Notes: generated from the letters alone by a model not told the origin. A DNA stretch of 64,000 nucleotides from Eledone cirrhosa (GCA_964016885.1 OZ024761.1:2170001-2234000), one strand, 5' to 3'; shown: positions 24,711-37,183, counted from the first letter of the stretch. A program made the numbers and translations.

Positions 24711-25007
24711 GATTTAGTATTGTAAACTTTAAACTACTCAATTCTAGAGTGAAAAAAAAATGGAAGAATAGAGAAAAGTATGAATTAAGAGATTGGTGGA
24801 CAAAATGGTGGATAAGGGGAGGGGGCATGAGTGAAATATTAGGAAATGGCACTCAGGAAAGATCTTGGGAAAACTGAAGAGTCATATCCTGTATAAGGAT
24901 GTTTCCTATTGTTCTGTGTTAATAATGAGACAGGAGGTTGTTGTAGTTTAGCAGCAGGTCAAACTTAATCCAGTGAGTATATATGTATATATATATATCT
25001 ATGTATG

Positions 25008-25432
25008 ACCCCTTAGCCTTTGTCAAGGCAGAATTCTAGGAGAAGGAAAACTCTGATATAACACCTGCAACTCTGATGGTATCCAATGATGTTGACTTGT
25101 TCTTTTTTTTGGTAAATATCATCTTGGTTAAGAGTGCAGTGCCTTTGCTCACTATAAAAGCTTCACGGCACAGGCATTTCTTTATATCTGGAGATCTCTC
25201 TGCACTTGTCGTCACATGGTACCATGGGCCTAGCACTATGTGTCAGTGATTGTCACAAGTGTAGTGTTTGTACCAGAGTTTTCAAGTCGCTGGCTGGACT
25301 AAAGTCACATTCGTTCAGCGCATCGGTAGGAGTTCTCCTACATGGATATAAAGTAGTGGCCGTACTCGAAAACGAGTTGGCAGCCACCATGTATGTATGT
25401 AGTATGTATGTATGTATGTATGTATGTATGTA
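25008..25432 (+). mobile_element. Short RTE-derived deletion derivative (5' UTR piece, last zinc-finger remnant, 3' end, (ATGT)n)
   Basis: 5' motif ggagaaggaaaactc...gcacaggcatt; CSVCTRVFKSLAGLKSH; terminal gtggccgtactcgaaaacgag...gcagccaccatgt. Confidence 0.65.
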
Positions 25433-25434
25433 TG

Positions 25435-25740
25435 CGCGGGGACATAGAAATAATCGGGCTGGATGCCCGATCGCGCAGTTAAACCACTGGGAGTGAAGAA
25501 CCTCTAGCCCTTGTCAGGGCATTCTTCTAGGAGAAGGCATCTCAGGAAACTGGGTTAACTCCGACATAAAACCTGCGGCTCAGTAGTTACCGATGATGTT
25601 GATCTTTTCTTCTTTTCGGGTTATAGCTACTGTCGCTCAGAGAGTGAGATTGGCTCAGTGCACAGTCTTTCCTCACTTTAAAAATATTCGTCACGCACAG
25701 GCATTGCACGAGTGCATTAATAATTATTAATAGTGTACTA

Positions 25741-25771
<31 letters not shown>

Positions 25772-27500
25772 TATTATTACTTTTTTTTTTTTTTTTTTTT
25801 CCAATTCAATGATGTTCCAGAACAATATAAAAGAGATAATTTGCAATTTAGGTTGTGGAACAAAAAGGATCATTGGCAATAAGGGCAGGGGCCCCAGGTT
25901 ATCACAGCCTGGGCCCGCTCGTCATCGTGCCATTGTAATAGAGCCAAACAAGGCATTTAGTCTTGGCTGCTGGAACGTACGGACGCTGCTTGACAGGGAT
26001 TCCTTGGGGCGTCCTGAACGAAGGACCGCCCTTGTTGCAAAGGAGCATATTTAACATCAGGCGCTTTGCTGCAAAAACAAAAGTATTTACATCAATCATA
26101 AGAGACCTCTTGTATGCAGATGATTGCGATCTTGTAGCGCACACAGAGAGTGATATGCAGCACATTTTGAATGTATTTTCTGATGCTTGCACTGCCCTAG
26201 GATTGACTGTCAGTCTCAAGAAAACCGTCATAATGTACCCGCCTGCCCCTGGTAAGCAGTACAGTGAACCAAATATCTATGTGTATGGTAAACGACTTGG
26301 AGTGGTTGATCAGTTTGTCTACCTGGGAAGCACTGTCAATCGATACAGCAACCTTGATAATGAAATCCCACTCAAGATTAGGAAAGCAAGTGAGGCGACT
26401 CTGAGGTCGGCGAGACATATGCAAGAAGACAAAGGTAAAGGGGTACAAGGCATGTGTGCTCTCTTCTCTTCTTTATGCCTGCGAGACCTGGGTCACATAT
26501 CGACACCACCTTAAGCAATTGGAGCGTTTCCATCAGATGTGTCTCAGACGGATCCATGGCGTTCACTGGAGGGACCACATCAGTAATGTCGAGATTTTGG
26601 AAAGCTCTCTGTGTGACAGTATAGAAGCTCTTGTGCTTAAGCAACGACTCTGTTGGAGTGGTCAAGATGAAGGATTCTAGAATACCAAAACAACTCTTTT
26701 ATGGAGAGTTGGTTAAAGGAAAACGACCGCCACATAAACCAAAAAAGAGGTATAAGGATTACTTGAAAGCCTCTCTGAAAGACGCTAATATCTCTGCTGA
26801 TACATGGGAAAATGTTGCTGCTGATCGTAATAAATGGAGAAAGACTGTATATGAGGGAAAAGTTGCCTTTGAGGCATCTCGAATCGCATACGAGAAAGTA
26901 AAGCGGAATGTGAGGAAAGGCATTGCTGTTGCACTTCCAGACGGCGAAGGTCCTCCTATGGTGCTGACATGCAGCGTATGTGCAAACTGCCTAAGCAAAG
27001 CTGGCCTCGAAAGTCATCTTCGCAGTCATAAAGTAAGACCAGTGGTTGACAACCAAGCTGCTGTTGGAAATGCTACTCATCATGCTTGCCAAACATGTGG
27101 TAGAGAATGTAAATCAGCAGGAGGGCTCAAACGACATGCAAAAGTACATGAACTCCAACCACAGCCGGCTATTCCCAGTGAATGTTTTGGTTGCCGACTC
27201 TGTGCAAGACATTTTAGATCATTGGCTGGGCTAAAAAGCCACATTCGATCGCAGTGTTGTTAATTGCTATTGTGTGTATAGATATGTTTATGTGTGTGCG
27301 TGTGTGTGTATATATATGTGTTTATTATTATTGTTGTTGTTGTTGTCGTTATTATTATTGTTGTTATTATTATTATTGTTATTGTTTTTTTCTCGTGCAA
27401 TGGCCATACTCGATAACGAGGGGGCAGCCATCATGTACGTATGTATGTATGTATGTATGTATGTATGTATGTATGTATGTATATATATGTGTATGTATGT
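25435..27500 (+). mobile_element. RTE-clade LINE with a large internal deletion and three C-terminal C2H2 zinc fingers
   Basis: APE start LGCWNVRTLLD...RPERRTALVAKE fused at ~26045 to RT end DLLYADDC; FVYLGS; RIPKQLFYGEL; CxxC-x12-HxxxH-like fingers x3; (ATGT)n tail. Confidence 0.88.
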
Positions 27501-27775
27501 AACTCCGATATAAAACCTGCGGCTCAGTAGTTACCGATGATGTTGATCTTTTCTTCTTTTCGGGTGATAGCTAGTCGCGCAGAGAGTGGGATTGGCTCAG
27601 TGCACAGTCTTTCCTCACTTTAAAAAATATCTTCACGCACAGGCATTGCATGAGAGAATTAATTAATAATTATTAATAATACTATATCGTGCAATGGCCA
27701 TACTCGATAACGAGGGGGCAGCCATCATGTATGCATGTATGTATATATATGTATGTATATATGTATGTATATATA
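27500..27775 (+). mobile_element. Mini RTE derivative (5' UTR segment joined directly to the 3' terminus)
   Basis: 27500-27660 repeats 25557-25715; 27688-27730 repeats 27394-27436. Confidence 0.75.
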
Positions 27776-27780
27776 TGTCA

Positions 27781-28310
27781 GGTTGCTCTTGAGTGCTACT
27801 GGTAACATGTAACCCAGTACAACCTGTCTCATGGTCGGATCGCAGCGACTAAACTGGCAAACCCACCGAGCTTGCTTGGTGAGGAGGGTGATATATTTGG
27901 ACACCCTGCAGGATGAAATACAAGACCTGGCAGAGAGCGGAGGAACTCAGCAGAGTCAACGGCCATCCAAATAGTACTTTTTTTTTCTTTTCACCTGGGA
28001 GTGAAAGGCCCCCAGTTGTTGTCACAACACCTTTCTAGGAGAAGGACACTCTGCAAAAAAACTTGCGGCTTTGGAAGCATCGGATGATGTTGACCAGTTC
28101 TCCTTTTCGGGTAGTGTTTGCTATGCTAAGATGGTGGGATTGGTCAATTGCAAGGCCTTTCCCCACTTAAAAAACCTTCAAAGCACAGGCATTGCTTGTT
28201 CAGGATCTGTTACAGGTTTGTGTGACTGGCCGTAGCCTAAAAGTGCACCAAACTCTATAACCTGACAAGCGGTTGCAGTACTTTTAGCAGAGTTTGTAGC
28301 CAGCATCTAT
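27781..28310 (+). mobile_element. 5' UTR region of a related RTE family
   Basis: Diverged copy of the ggagaagg...gatgatgttgac...gcacaggcattgc UTR motif at 28038-28195. Confidence 0.5.
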
Positions 28311-28329
28311 ATATATATGTACATGATTC

Positions 28330-28520
28330 TCTTTCTCTTAATTTTGAGTACATTTTTTACTGGCCACCTTCCTGGTGGCAAAGTTGGAAAAGAAAAGAAA
28401 TTGTCATCCCTTGAATCGGAAGAATGTTTTGCAAATTTTGAAGGTTCCAGCTATCGCAGCTATTTGTAGACTATGAATTAGGGAGCTGCTCTCTGTGTCC
28501 ACAAATCCAAGTTCAGTTAT
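28330..28520 (-). mobile_element. 3' terminal fragment of a second R4/Dong-like element
   Basis: Minus strand reads ...AIAGTFKICKTFF, paralleling GTVKICKTF of the adjacent element. Confidence 0.5.
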
Positions 28521-28824
28521 ACTTTGGTCCAAGCGGGTTGGTATATAACCCGTAACTCTAATAATGATTGGTATGAAGCTGAAGGTGTATCTTGGGTACT
28601 GGGTCTGTTAACTCCTCATCAATGGTCCCTAGATGTCCTCCTTCTCTTGTATTTTTCTTTTTTTTACATCATATGTATGTATGAATCTGTATGTAGGTGT
28701 GTACGTATGTATGCTTGTATGTGTGTGTGTGTATATGTATGTATATATATGTATGTGTCTGTATGTATATATGCATGTGTTTATGGTTTTGTAACTTTAT
28801 GAATTTTATGAATTTTTACATCAA

Positions 28825-31385
28825 CTAGGTAGATATATTGGCATGTCTGCATGCATGCATGTGTGTGCAGGTATGGATGTTATTGTATGTGTGCATGTGC
28901 ATATTCTTTGTATCTGTACACGTGTATATACAGTTTTTACTGCAGAATTTTTGGAATGTTTTACATATTTTTACTGTTCCATTAATGGATTGTACTTGTA
29001 ATTTCCTAACTAGTTGTGTTCTTTCTGTTCCTGTGAAGCCTAGCTTCTCACAATTTGTATTGACGCAGTTACTAACATATCCCAGTGCCCCAATAATCAC
29101 AGGCATAAATCTGAAGGTGTAATCAGGGTGGAGTATCTGCAGATTTCTCATCAGTTTTCATAAATATTCTCCTTTTCGCTAATCTTTGATATTATATTGG
29201 CATCTGCTGGGCAGCTAACTTCCATTACTGCGCATGCTTTCTTCTCCCTGTCCCATATCATAATATCTAGTCTGTTATGCCTTCTCTGTCTTTAACCTTC
29301 TCTGTCTTTAAGCCCAAGAAGAAGACAGCTTCTCTATAGCTCTGATAATAATGTCTGGGACTTTAGCAAGTCGGAGGACCTCTATCATCCAAGAGTGGGG
29401 AACAGAATCAAAAGCTTTCCTGTAGTCCAGCCAGACTGTAGCCATATTCCTCCTAAGTTGTTACACCTCCGACATCGCAGTTTTGTTGATTAGGAGTTGT
29501 TCAGCACACCTCCAAACCCCTTTCTTTGCTTGTTCATCTGTGATGATGTTATTATTTTCACAGTGATCTTGGAGGAATAGGTTCAGGCAGGCTGTATACA
29601 TCTTATACATCAGGTCCTGGCATGCAATGGGTCGGTAGTTTTTTGTCAAGTGGGTGTCTTTGTTCTTGGGGACCAGTAACGTTTGTGCTAATGTCAACCA
29701 TTCTGGTATAAGTGTATCTTCCTTAAGAACTTGTCGGTAGAGGTCAGTAAGATACTTCCGATAGAATATCAGTTTTTTGTACCAGTAGCCGACAATCATG
29801 TCTGTTCCTGGTGTTTTCTTATCTTGGAGTTTTCCTATCACAGTCTCAAGGGTACCCTCACTTATTTCATGTTTTTGTTGTAGTGTAGGACCAATAGTTC
29901 TTTTGAATTTCTTTTAGTCACACTGCATCTTGGTTGAAATTCTTCTTTTGACCCCATATTTTGCTCCAAAAGGAATCTATGTCTTCCTGGGATGGGGCCT
30001 CAGTGACACTTATTATTTTGCCCTTCATATCTCTATAGACTGATGTTTGGTTTCGTCTGAATCTTTTATTAAGCACTTTTCTTTCATCTTCTTCATGTAT
30101 TGGTGTTTCTCGATGACAGCTCTCAATTCTTGTTTGAGGGTGATCAGCTTACAGTGAAGAGTTCTGGTTCTACTGTTACCAAACATCGTCTCTATTTTAT
30201 TTTTCACTCTTTGTTGGTGAGAAGTGAATTTTTTTTGTGTTTGTTTGTATGTAAGGAGCATTGTCACATATCCTATGGGTTTTCGTAGGTCAGCAATCTT
30301 TTTTTCTATTTTAGTTATATATGGTATTTTGTTCTTGTTAATATCTCTGCTATCACCAAGATAATGCTTCACTATCGTTGCTAAGGCATATAAACAGGCA
30401 TTGATTTGCCAAAATGTTGTATCCGTCGTAAATATTCATCCCTTATTTAGTCAATAACACGTAATATTTCATTAGTGTTTTTTTTATGAAATATTGTTGT
30501 TTTAAAGAGAAATGTTTATATATGAACTAATTTCTCTCTGGAAGATTTCGTTGAGGGAAATTTTCAATTGTTTATACTTTTGATTATCATTATCGATAGT
30601 ATTTTCCACAATAGTTGAGGTAGACTCGGATGGTACACGTGGTGTCAAATTTTTTCGCTTATATTTATTATTTCTTCGATTATTATTATTATCGATAGTG
30701 TTTTCCCCATCATTCGAGGTAGACTTAGATGGTATAGGTGGTGTCAAATTTCTTACAGGCATAGTTGTTTCAAGGCACTGTTTGACCTGGCTGCTAGGAA
30801 GTCTAGTAGCATGGCGACCTGTAGCACGTGTTGTTGATCCCATGTTTGTTGTGGGGGACTTACAATTAATAATATTTATCTTATTTTTACGTTCAACAAA
30901 CGTCGCTTGTTGGCGTAATTGTTTCACTGTGAAGTGATTTAGCTCTGGGTATATTTCGTCCCAGTGTAGCTTCATTTTGTTCATATATGGAGGGATTGTT
31001 TTTTGCTATTTTATAACAATTAAGTAAATCATCATCAAGTTCGCAACTCCAAGAGAAATGTGATTTATAATTTCGGTTTCTTCTGTAGCTACAACTGAAT
31101 AAATTTTGTTTACCTTTCTCCTTGTTTTTCTTCGCTACTTCCTTAATGTTGTTGATGTTGTGTTCAGCCATGCTGTGTGTAGCAAATCCTTGTAAAATGA
31201 ATTATGTATTCAGTCGGATATCTCTACGAATTCAAATAAAAGGTGTCTTCAGTAGATATAGTTAGAAGAATATCCAGTTATTCAACATGACTGGTAGTTG
31301 TGGCATTAATGTCGGAGATAGTATTCATCTTAAATTTAATGAAGTCTCCCACACCAAAATATGCGACTGATCGCGTTGACTGACT
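28825..31385 (-). mobile_element. R4/Dong-like non-LTR retrotransposon (RT plus restriction-like endonuclease), internally deleted
   Basis: KKTPGTDMI..WYKK, NYRPIAC, WLDYRKAFDSVPHSW; RLE-like HNRLDIMIWD...EVSCP; PVIIGALG; flanked by (TACA)n-like repeats. Confidence 0.85.
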
Positions 31386-31915
31386 ATGTATGTATATGTA
31401 ACTTCTGGTTGGATGTTGGGGGTGCTGTAGTGACATAATCGCTGCATTATCCATGAGGCTTTAATTTTCATCCCTTTTGAATTCATTACTGGCAACGATC
31501 ACTTTTGAAAAATATTGGTCCTAAATGAGGGAGTCTCTTGATAAGCTTGATGCCTCATGGATAATGCAGTGATTAGACATTTCCATATAGCACAAGTGAA
31601 ACTGTCGGCAGTCGGGACTGGAGGAATATTGGTAAACATTTATCTATTATTTCTTCAAACTTACATTTTAAACTTAAAGTTTAATTGATTATTTATTTAG
31701 TTAATTTCTCCAGACTAAGAAGAAAAATTAGGGTAAATTTTGTCTGCCTGTTTGTTCTTCAAACTTATAATTAAATATATATATATTATATGTACAGATT
31801 AAAGTTTAAGCAAAGAATCACTGTATATATACAATCCTTATCGAGCCCTCTTCAGATTTTGGTTTTCGTATTTATTATTACTATACACAAACACACACAT
31901 GTATATATATATAAT

Positions 31916-32115
31916 AATTGTTTCTATTATCCCAGTGCATTACTGGTACTTTATTCTATTATTCCAGTGCATTACTGGTACTTTATTTTATCGACCCCCT
32001 TAAAGATGAAAGGCAAAGTTAACCTCGGTGGGATTTGAACTCAGAATGGCAAGGGTCGTAACTCTATGCTGCAAGGCATGGCGGTCGACCCTCTACCGAT
32101 TCTGACAATCCACTG
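31916..32115 (-). mobile_element. Meta-type SINE
   Basis: Similar to 862-1046. Confidence 0.75.
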
Positions 32116-32311
32116 GTGTTAGATCTTCATTACATATATTGAGGTGTGATGCATGTTTCGCGATTGATCAGCTCAAGGTTCGATCTGTATCGATCTGGCC
32201 CGACTCAGGAATCAAAGGCTCATTGGACCTCTGTGGTAGTAATGACAGAATCATTCCCTTACAGCTTTGAGAAAATACATATCAGTTCTCATTCATTAAT
32301 ATACAGGGCAG

Positions 32312-32482
32312 TGGATTGGCACTATTGGTAGAGGGTCGGACGCCATACTTTCCAGCATAGAGTTACGGCCCTTTACGGTCTAAGTTCAAATCCCGTCAAG
32401 GTTAACTTTGCCTTTCATCCGTACTGGGTCAATAAAGTACAAGTAATGTACTGGTGAATAAGTGCCAAAAGTAGAAACAATT
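32312..32482 (+). mobile_element. Meta-type SINE
   Basis: Similar to 1127-1312; head-to-head with the previous copy. Confidence 0.75.
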
Positions 32483-33039
32483 AATATATATATAGTTCAC
32501 AATCTACTGACTGAATAGACAATGCTCAATTAAAGAACTCAATACAAGTTATTAAAATAATCAAGTTGAGAACAAGATTCATTGTTTATTTGGAAAGTAA
32601 GAGGGGTCCTGTGAAACAGAACCTTTTCATATATATAAACACACATATATGAATACACACACATCATCATCATCATCGTTTAACATCTATCTTCCACGCT
32701 AGCATGTGTTTAGACGGGAATTGTCCCACTTGAGGCAAGATTGGTTGTCTTGCTCGTAGTCCAGCAATCATACCATGCCAACACTATATCACAAATCAAA
32801 ACAATCTCTTATACTCCTTGATCATATTTATTTTGTCTCATCACAGTCCTCTCCCCATAACCCCCACCTCTTTTAAACGCCAGCCTCCCACTCTGCCAAC
32901 ACACACAAATAGTTTTTTTTTTCAACTAATTTTATTCACAGCCAGACTGAAAGAAAAAAAGATTTGTTTTCCTCTTTTCTTGTCATAAAAGAATCATCCA
33001 TTAAAAATACTATAGCGAGGATGGAGACCACCGCTACAA

Positions 33040-33089
<50 letters not shown>

Positions 33090-33242
33090 CCAAGGTGTGT
33101 AACTTGAAGTTACTGCAGGTTCACCCGGGAGAGCACTCGATGTTTAGGTTCACTTCTGTGTTGAGGTGTAGAGCTATACAGAGTGTATTATATTGAAAAG
33201 ATAACAAAGACGATTGGTTACTCCTTCATTACGTTATTGGTT

Positions 33243-33327
33243 GGTGACAAGCATTTCGCCACTGATCAGCTCAAGGTTCGATCTGTATCGATCTGACCAG
33301 ACTCTGTAATCCGCGGCTCGTCAGACC
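33243..33327 (-). ncRNA. Type I hammerhead ribozyme with long stem II in the PLE 3' region
   Basis: ggt-CTGACGA-gccgc...gtggc-GAAA-tgctt-GTC-acc; related copies at ~32150-32228(-), ~50632-50718(-) and 57663-57752(+). Confidence 0.7.
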
Positions 33328-33972
33328 CCTCGTAATGTTGATGGAAGAATGAATACATGCTTTATGCTAAAGTCAGAAGTTCATGTTGGTCAATAAAGTT
33401 TGTTTTGATTGGTGGATTATTTCATAGGGATGTTTTTGCCCGTAGTGTGTGGGTGGGTGTGGTGATAAGTTGGTGGTGTCCATCGTAGGTTGAAGTGGGT
33501 GGTGGTGTGGGGGTGCTGAGTTTCGGTAGATAGTTTGGCATGTAGATGTGGTTGATTTTTGTGTGTGGTGTGGGTGTGGTGTAGTAGTTTGTGATAAAGA
33601 TAAAAATTAGCGGTGTTTATGGTGGTGTGATGATTGTGTTCGTGGTTTCTTTTCCCTAAGGAGATACATACATATCACACTAAGTCTGACAAATATGTAG
33701 CGGTTGTCTCCCTTGTTTGGATTAACATCTAGACGGGAAGTAGAACCCTTTCTGTAACTTCCGGTCAGAACCCTATAAAACTAACAACTTTAAGTTCTCA
33801 CTCTCTCATTGCCCTTTCGGCACCAGGCCAAGAGCCTCTCATTTGGCCTGGCCTTAGCCAGGCGTCTTCTGCCAGCCGCGTTTGCCTGGCAATCAAAACG
33901 GTAACTACTAACTTTGTTTCATTCTATCATCTATTTCTTCGACATGTCAACTATACTATCTACCATTGTTAA

Positions 33973-36121
33973 TTAAATATTATACACACAAACTATGTCT
34001 CGTTTTGTTACATTCATACAACCCAGTATCCTTTTCGCTATAGGTTTGTTGCCACGTTGTCGGTTGTACTGTGTGGAGCTGGCATGTAGGTTGTTGTGTT
34101 GTGTTGTGTGTGTTGTTTTGTTCTGGGTTGTGATAGTGGTTGGTTGTGGAGCTACCATGTGTTTGCGTATTTTTGTCCTATTTGCGTGTGCTATTGTGTC
34201 GCCTAGATTTGGTGTTGTGGAGAAGGAGAATTTGACAGTGTGTCTATTGAAGAGGTTGTGGTATTTGTGTAGGTGGGAATGATTGTTCCAGAGCTCTGAA
34301 GAAGGTTCCCGGTATATTGGTGGCAACGTGTATGGAGTACGGGGCGTTGTACCATGTCACAGGTCTGCTTCGTGCTGTACGGTGTTTAGTGTGGTTGTTG
34401 TGGTTTGGTGGGTGTGTGGGTGTATTTTGGTCAGGCGTATTTGTCATGGGGGTTCCTGCTATTCTATTGTCATTAAGTCTAAGGTCTCTATTACTACGTA
34501 GTCGTGTGCGATATTCAGAGTCCTTACTGGGGTTGGAGAGTATAGCTTTATCTCCTTGGTAGTTGTGTTTAACGCTGCCTGTCCTGCCGGCTAAAGGTGG
34601 TCCTTACTTAGTATTAGTTCTAGGTGGGGTGTCCCCGTCTATATGGGTTTAGCAGTGTTGTGGTTCTAGTTTGGTCATTGTAAGTTATATTCTCATTGTA
34701 CCCAGCCTTTTCAAGTGCGGAGTTATAGTATTCCGCCTGCTGGTTGAAGATAGTTTTATTCGCCGACAGGGTGGACACTCTATAGGAAACATTTTAAAAT
34801 ATCAAGTTAATTATGCTCCTAGGGTTGTTGGAGTGTCTGTAGACATATTTTAGGTTTTCATTTGGTTTATGGTAAGGGCGGTAGAGGCCTGTGTCTAATT
34901 CTAATGTGATGTCTAAAAAGTTTACTGTCCTACTGTTGGGTTCTATTTCTACCGCGAATCCTTGGGTCTTAAATATATATCTAAGTCATTTGTGTAGTCT
35001 ATCTAATTGGCTATTATTGAGTCCGCGGGCCATGAGTAGGGCATCGTCCCGGTACAAGCCTCCGCCCATGGTGGGGATCTCATCGGTTATTATATTTAGG
35101 AGTTATAGGCCTACTATATCGGTAAACTGTGCGGAGTCACTCAACCCCATAGTAATGTCGAAGCTATCTGGTCTATTTTGTCGTTCCCACAATTTACCGT
35201 TAAATTCTATTAAAGTTTTCCTAGCTACTAGTATGATGTCTACCTCCTTTCTGGTGAGGCTTGATCTGTTCATGGCTGAGATCAGTGCCTTGTTTAGGAT
35301 GACCGGGGATATAGAGGCATAGTAGTTCGCAATGTCCATTTGTACGAATCGGACGTCTGACTTGGTTTCAATGCCGGAGAACCAGTCGATTACCTCTTTT
35401 GTACAGGACCAGAGGCTGAGTTTAGTCCTATTTCTTAGTTCTGGCATTATCCAATTAATGATGCATTTGTTTAGTCTACCTAGGTCTGATTTTGAGGGAG
35501 CTATGAGTCTGACCGGTAGTTTGGACTGAAAGTCTGGTCTGTGGTCCTTAATCGATATCCTCGGTGTCCTAGGGTTGTATGGTTGTGTTCTCTGTTGTCT
35601 ATGGTCAATTCCGTCATTATCGTTTTTGCCTGTTTGTTTATGTGTGCTAGGTTTTCCCGTGTTGATGTTTTATATATTTTAGCTAGTTCATTTGTGATGT
35701 ATTTCTTGTAGGTTTTGTACTCCAAATTATAGATGTTTCCGGTCTTATCCGCTGGTACGATGATGCCAGGGCTTTTCCTGACCTTCTGTACGGTGGATGC
35801 AAGCTCAGACAGGAATGGACTTCTGTCAGGATTTCGCAGAGGTTTTCTAAATTTAATACTCCAGACCATGGTAATAATCCTGTCCTCAAACTCCTCTAGG
35901 AGTGGGTTGTGTGGTGGGTTTTTCCTCGATTTGAATATTCTTTTCAGGTGGTTGGTGGAATTGTCGTCGGATCCAGGGGCCCTCCTGTTGCTGTAGTGGT
36001 AGGCTCTCCAGCGGATCCTTCTAATGAAATTGTTGGTCTGCATTAGTAGAAGGTTCATGTATACATCATCCGAGGGTATAGGTATGTCCTTTAGAGAGGA
36101 ATTGTTGTGGAACAATTTCAT
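33973..36121 (-). pseudogene. PLE reverse transcriptase, frameshifted
   Basis: ORF pieces 35501-36121, 35103-35447, 34244-34447 and 33973-34326. Confidence 0.88.
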
Positions 36122-36652
36122 GGTGTTCCAGGTAAGCGTTCAACTAGGTAGGAGCTATGTATCCAGGGAGTGTAACTTGGAGTTACTGCAGGTTCACCCG
36201 GGTGAGCACTCGATGTTTAGGTTCACTTCAGTGTTGAGGTGTAGAGCTATACAGAGTGTATTATAGTTAAATAAGATCACAAGGACGATTGGTTACTCCG
36301 TCATTACGTTTATGAGAGTGTTGAAGCTTGTTTGAAGCATTGTGGAATAATAAAATTGGTCATTTTGGAAGCCTTGTGTACACACACGATAGACAACAGA
36401 GGCCACGTGTTGTTCCTCTCTGACTAAAAACTTTCCCCCTCGGGAAACCCCCAGTTGATGGATGCGAAATTCGAAATATAGGGACAATTAACTCTCTTCC
36501 AAGGTAACTCTATCTCGTGTTATTATTTTTACGTTCTTTCCTACGTTCCTCTACACACTATACATCGCATTCTACATTTCCCATTACATGTCTCTCATTA
36601 CCACCTGATTCTCTTACCCATCTGCATTGTTGAGGCTTCCAAAACGACCAAT

Positions 36653-36741
<89 letters not shown>

Positions 36742-36791
36742 AAATACGTCCCTCATCAGTGATTTGCCGAAGATCATAGATATTTCATTGC

Positions 36792-36835
<44 letters not shown>

Positions 36836-36836
<1 letters not shown>

Positions 36837-37170
36837 GAGGCACATGGCCTAGTGGTTAGAGCATTGGCCTTGCAATCGAAAGGTTGTGAGTTCAATTCTC
36901 AGAGCGGGTGATGTGTTGTTTCCTTGAGCAAGACACTTTATTTCACATTGCTCCAGTTTACTCAGCTGTAGAAATGAGATGATAGGGACTGGGGTCCCTA
37001 TCATTCCACTGCAAAGTGGTCGTGGAGGTGCCATGGCCAAAAAGCACCCATCACTCACTGTAAATGAGGTTGGTGTTAGGAAGGGCATCCAGCTGTAGAA
37101 ATCAAGCCAGAATCAATTCCCGTCCCACCCTTGCAAGCAGGGAAAAAGCAGACATGAAATGAAATGAAAT
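36836..37170 (+). mobile_element. Full-length CORE-type SINE
   Basis: Same family as 2681-3062. Confidence 0.85.
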
Positions 37171-37183
37171 ATCAGACAGACAG

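Larger units (their letters stand above)
33090..36312 (-). mobile_element. Penelope-like retroelement with direct pseudo-LTRs (33092-33238 and 36166-36312) and a hammerhead
   Basis: SLKDIPIPS, IVPADKTGNIY, MDIANYYASI, ITMGLSDSAQ, GLYRDD, NFLDITL, WYNAPYS, LFNRHTVKFSFS; ~145-bp direct terminal repeats; (TA)n at the left end. Confidence 0.9.

Noticed and set aside
31417-31576. 23-bp inverted repeat, considered as a snoRNA or miRNA precursor
   Set aside because: No C/D or H/ACA boxes seen, and the ~110-nt loop is too long for a pre-miRNA; left unexplained.
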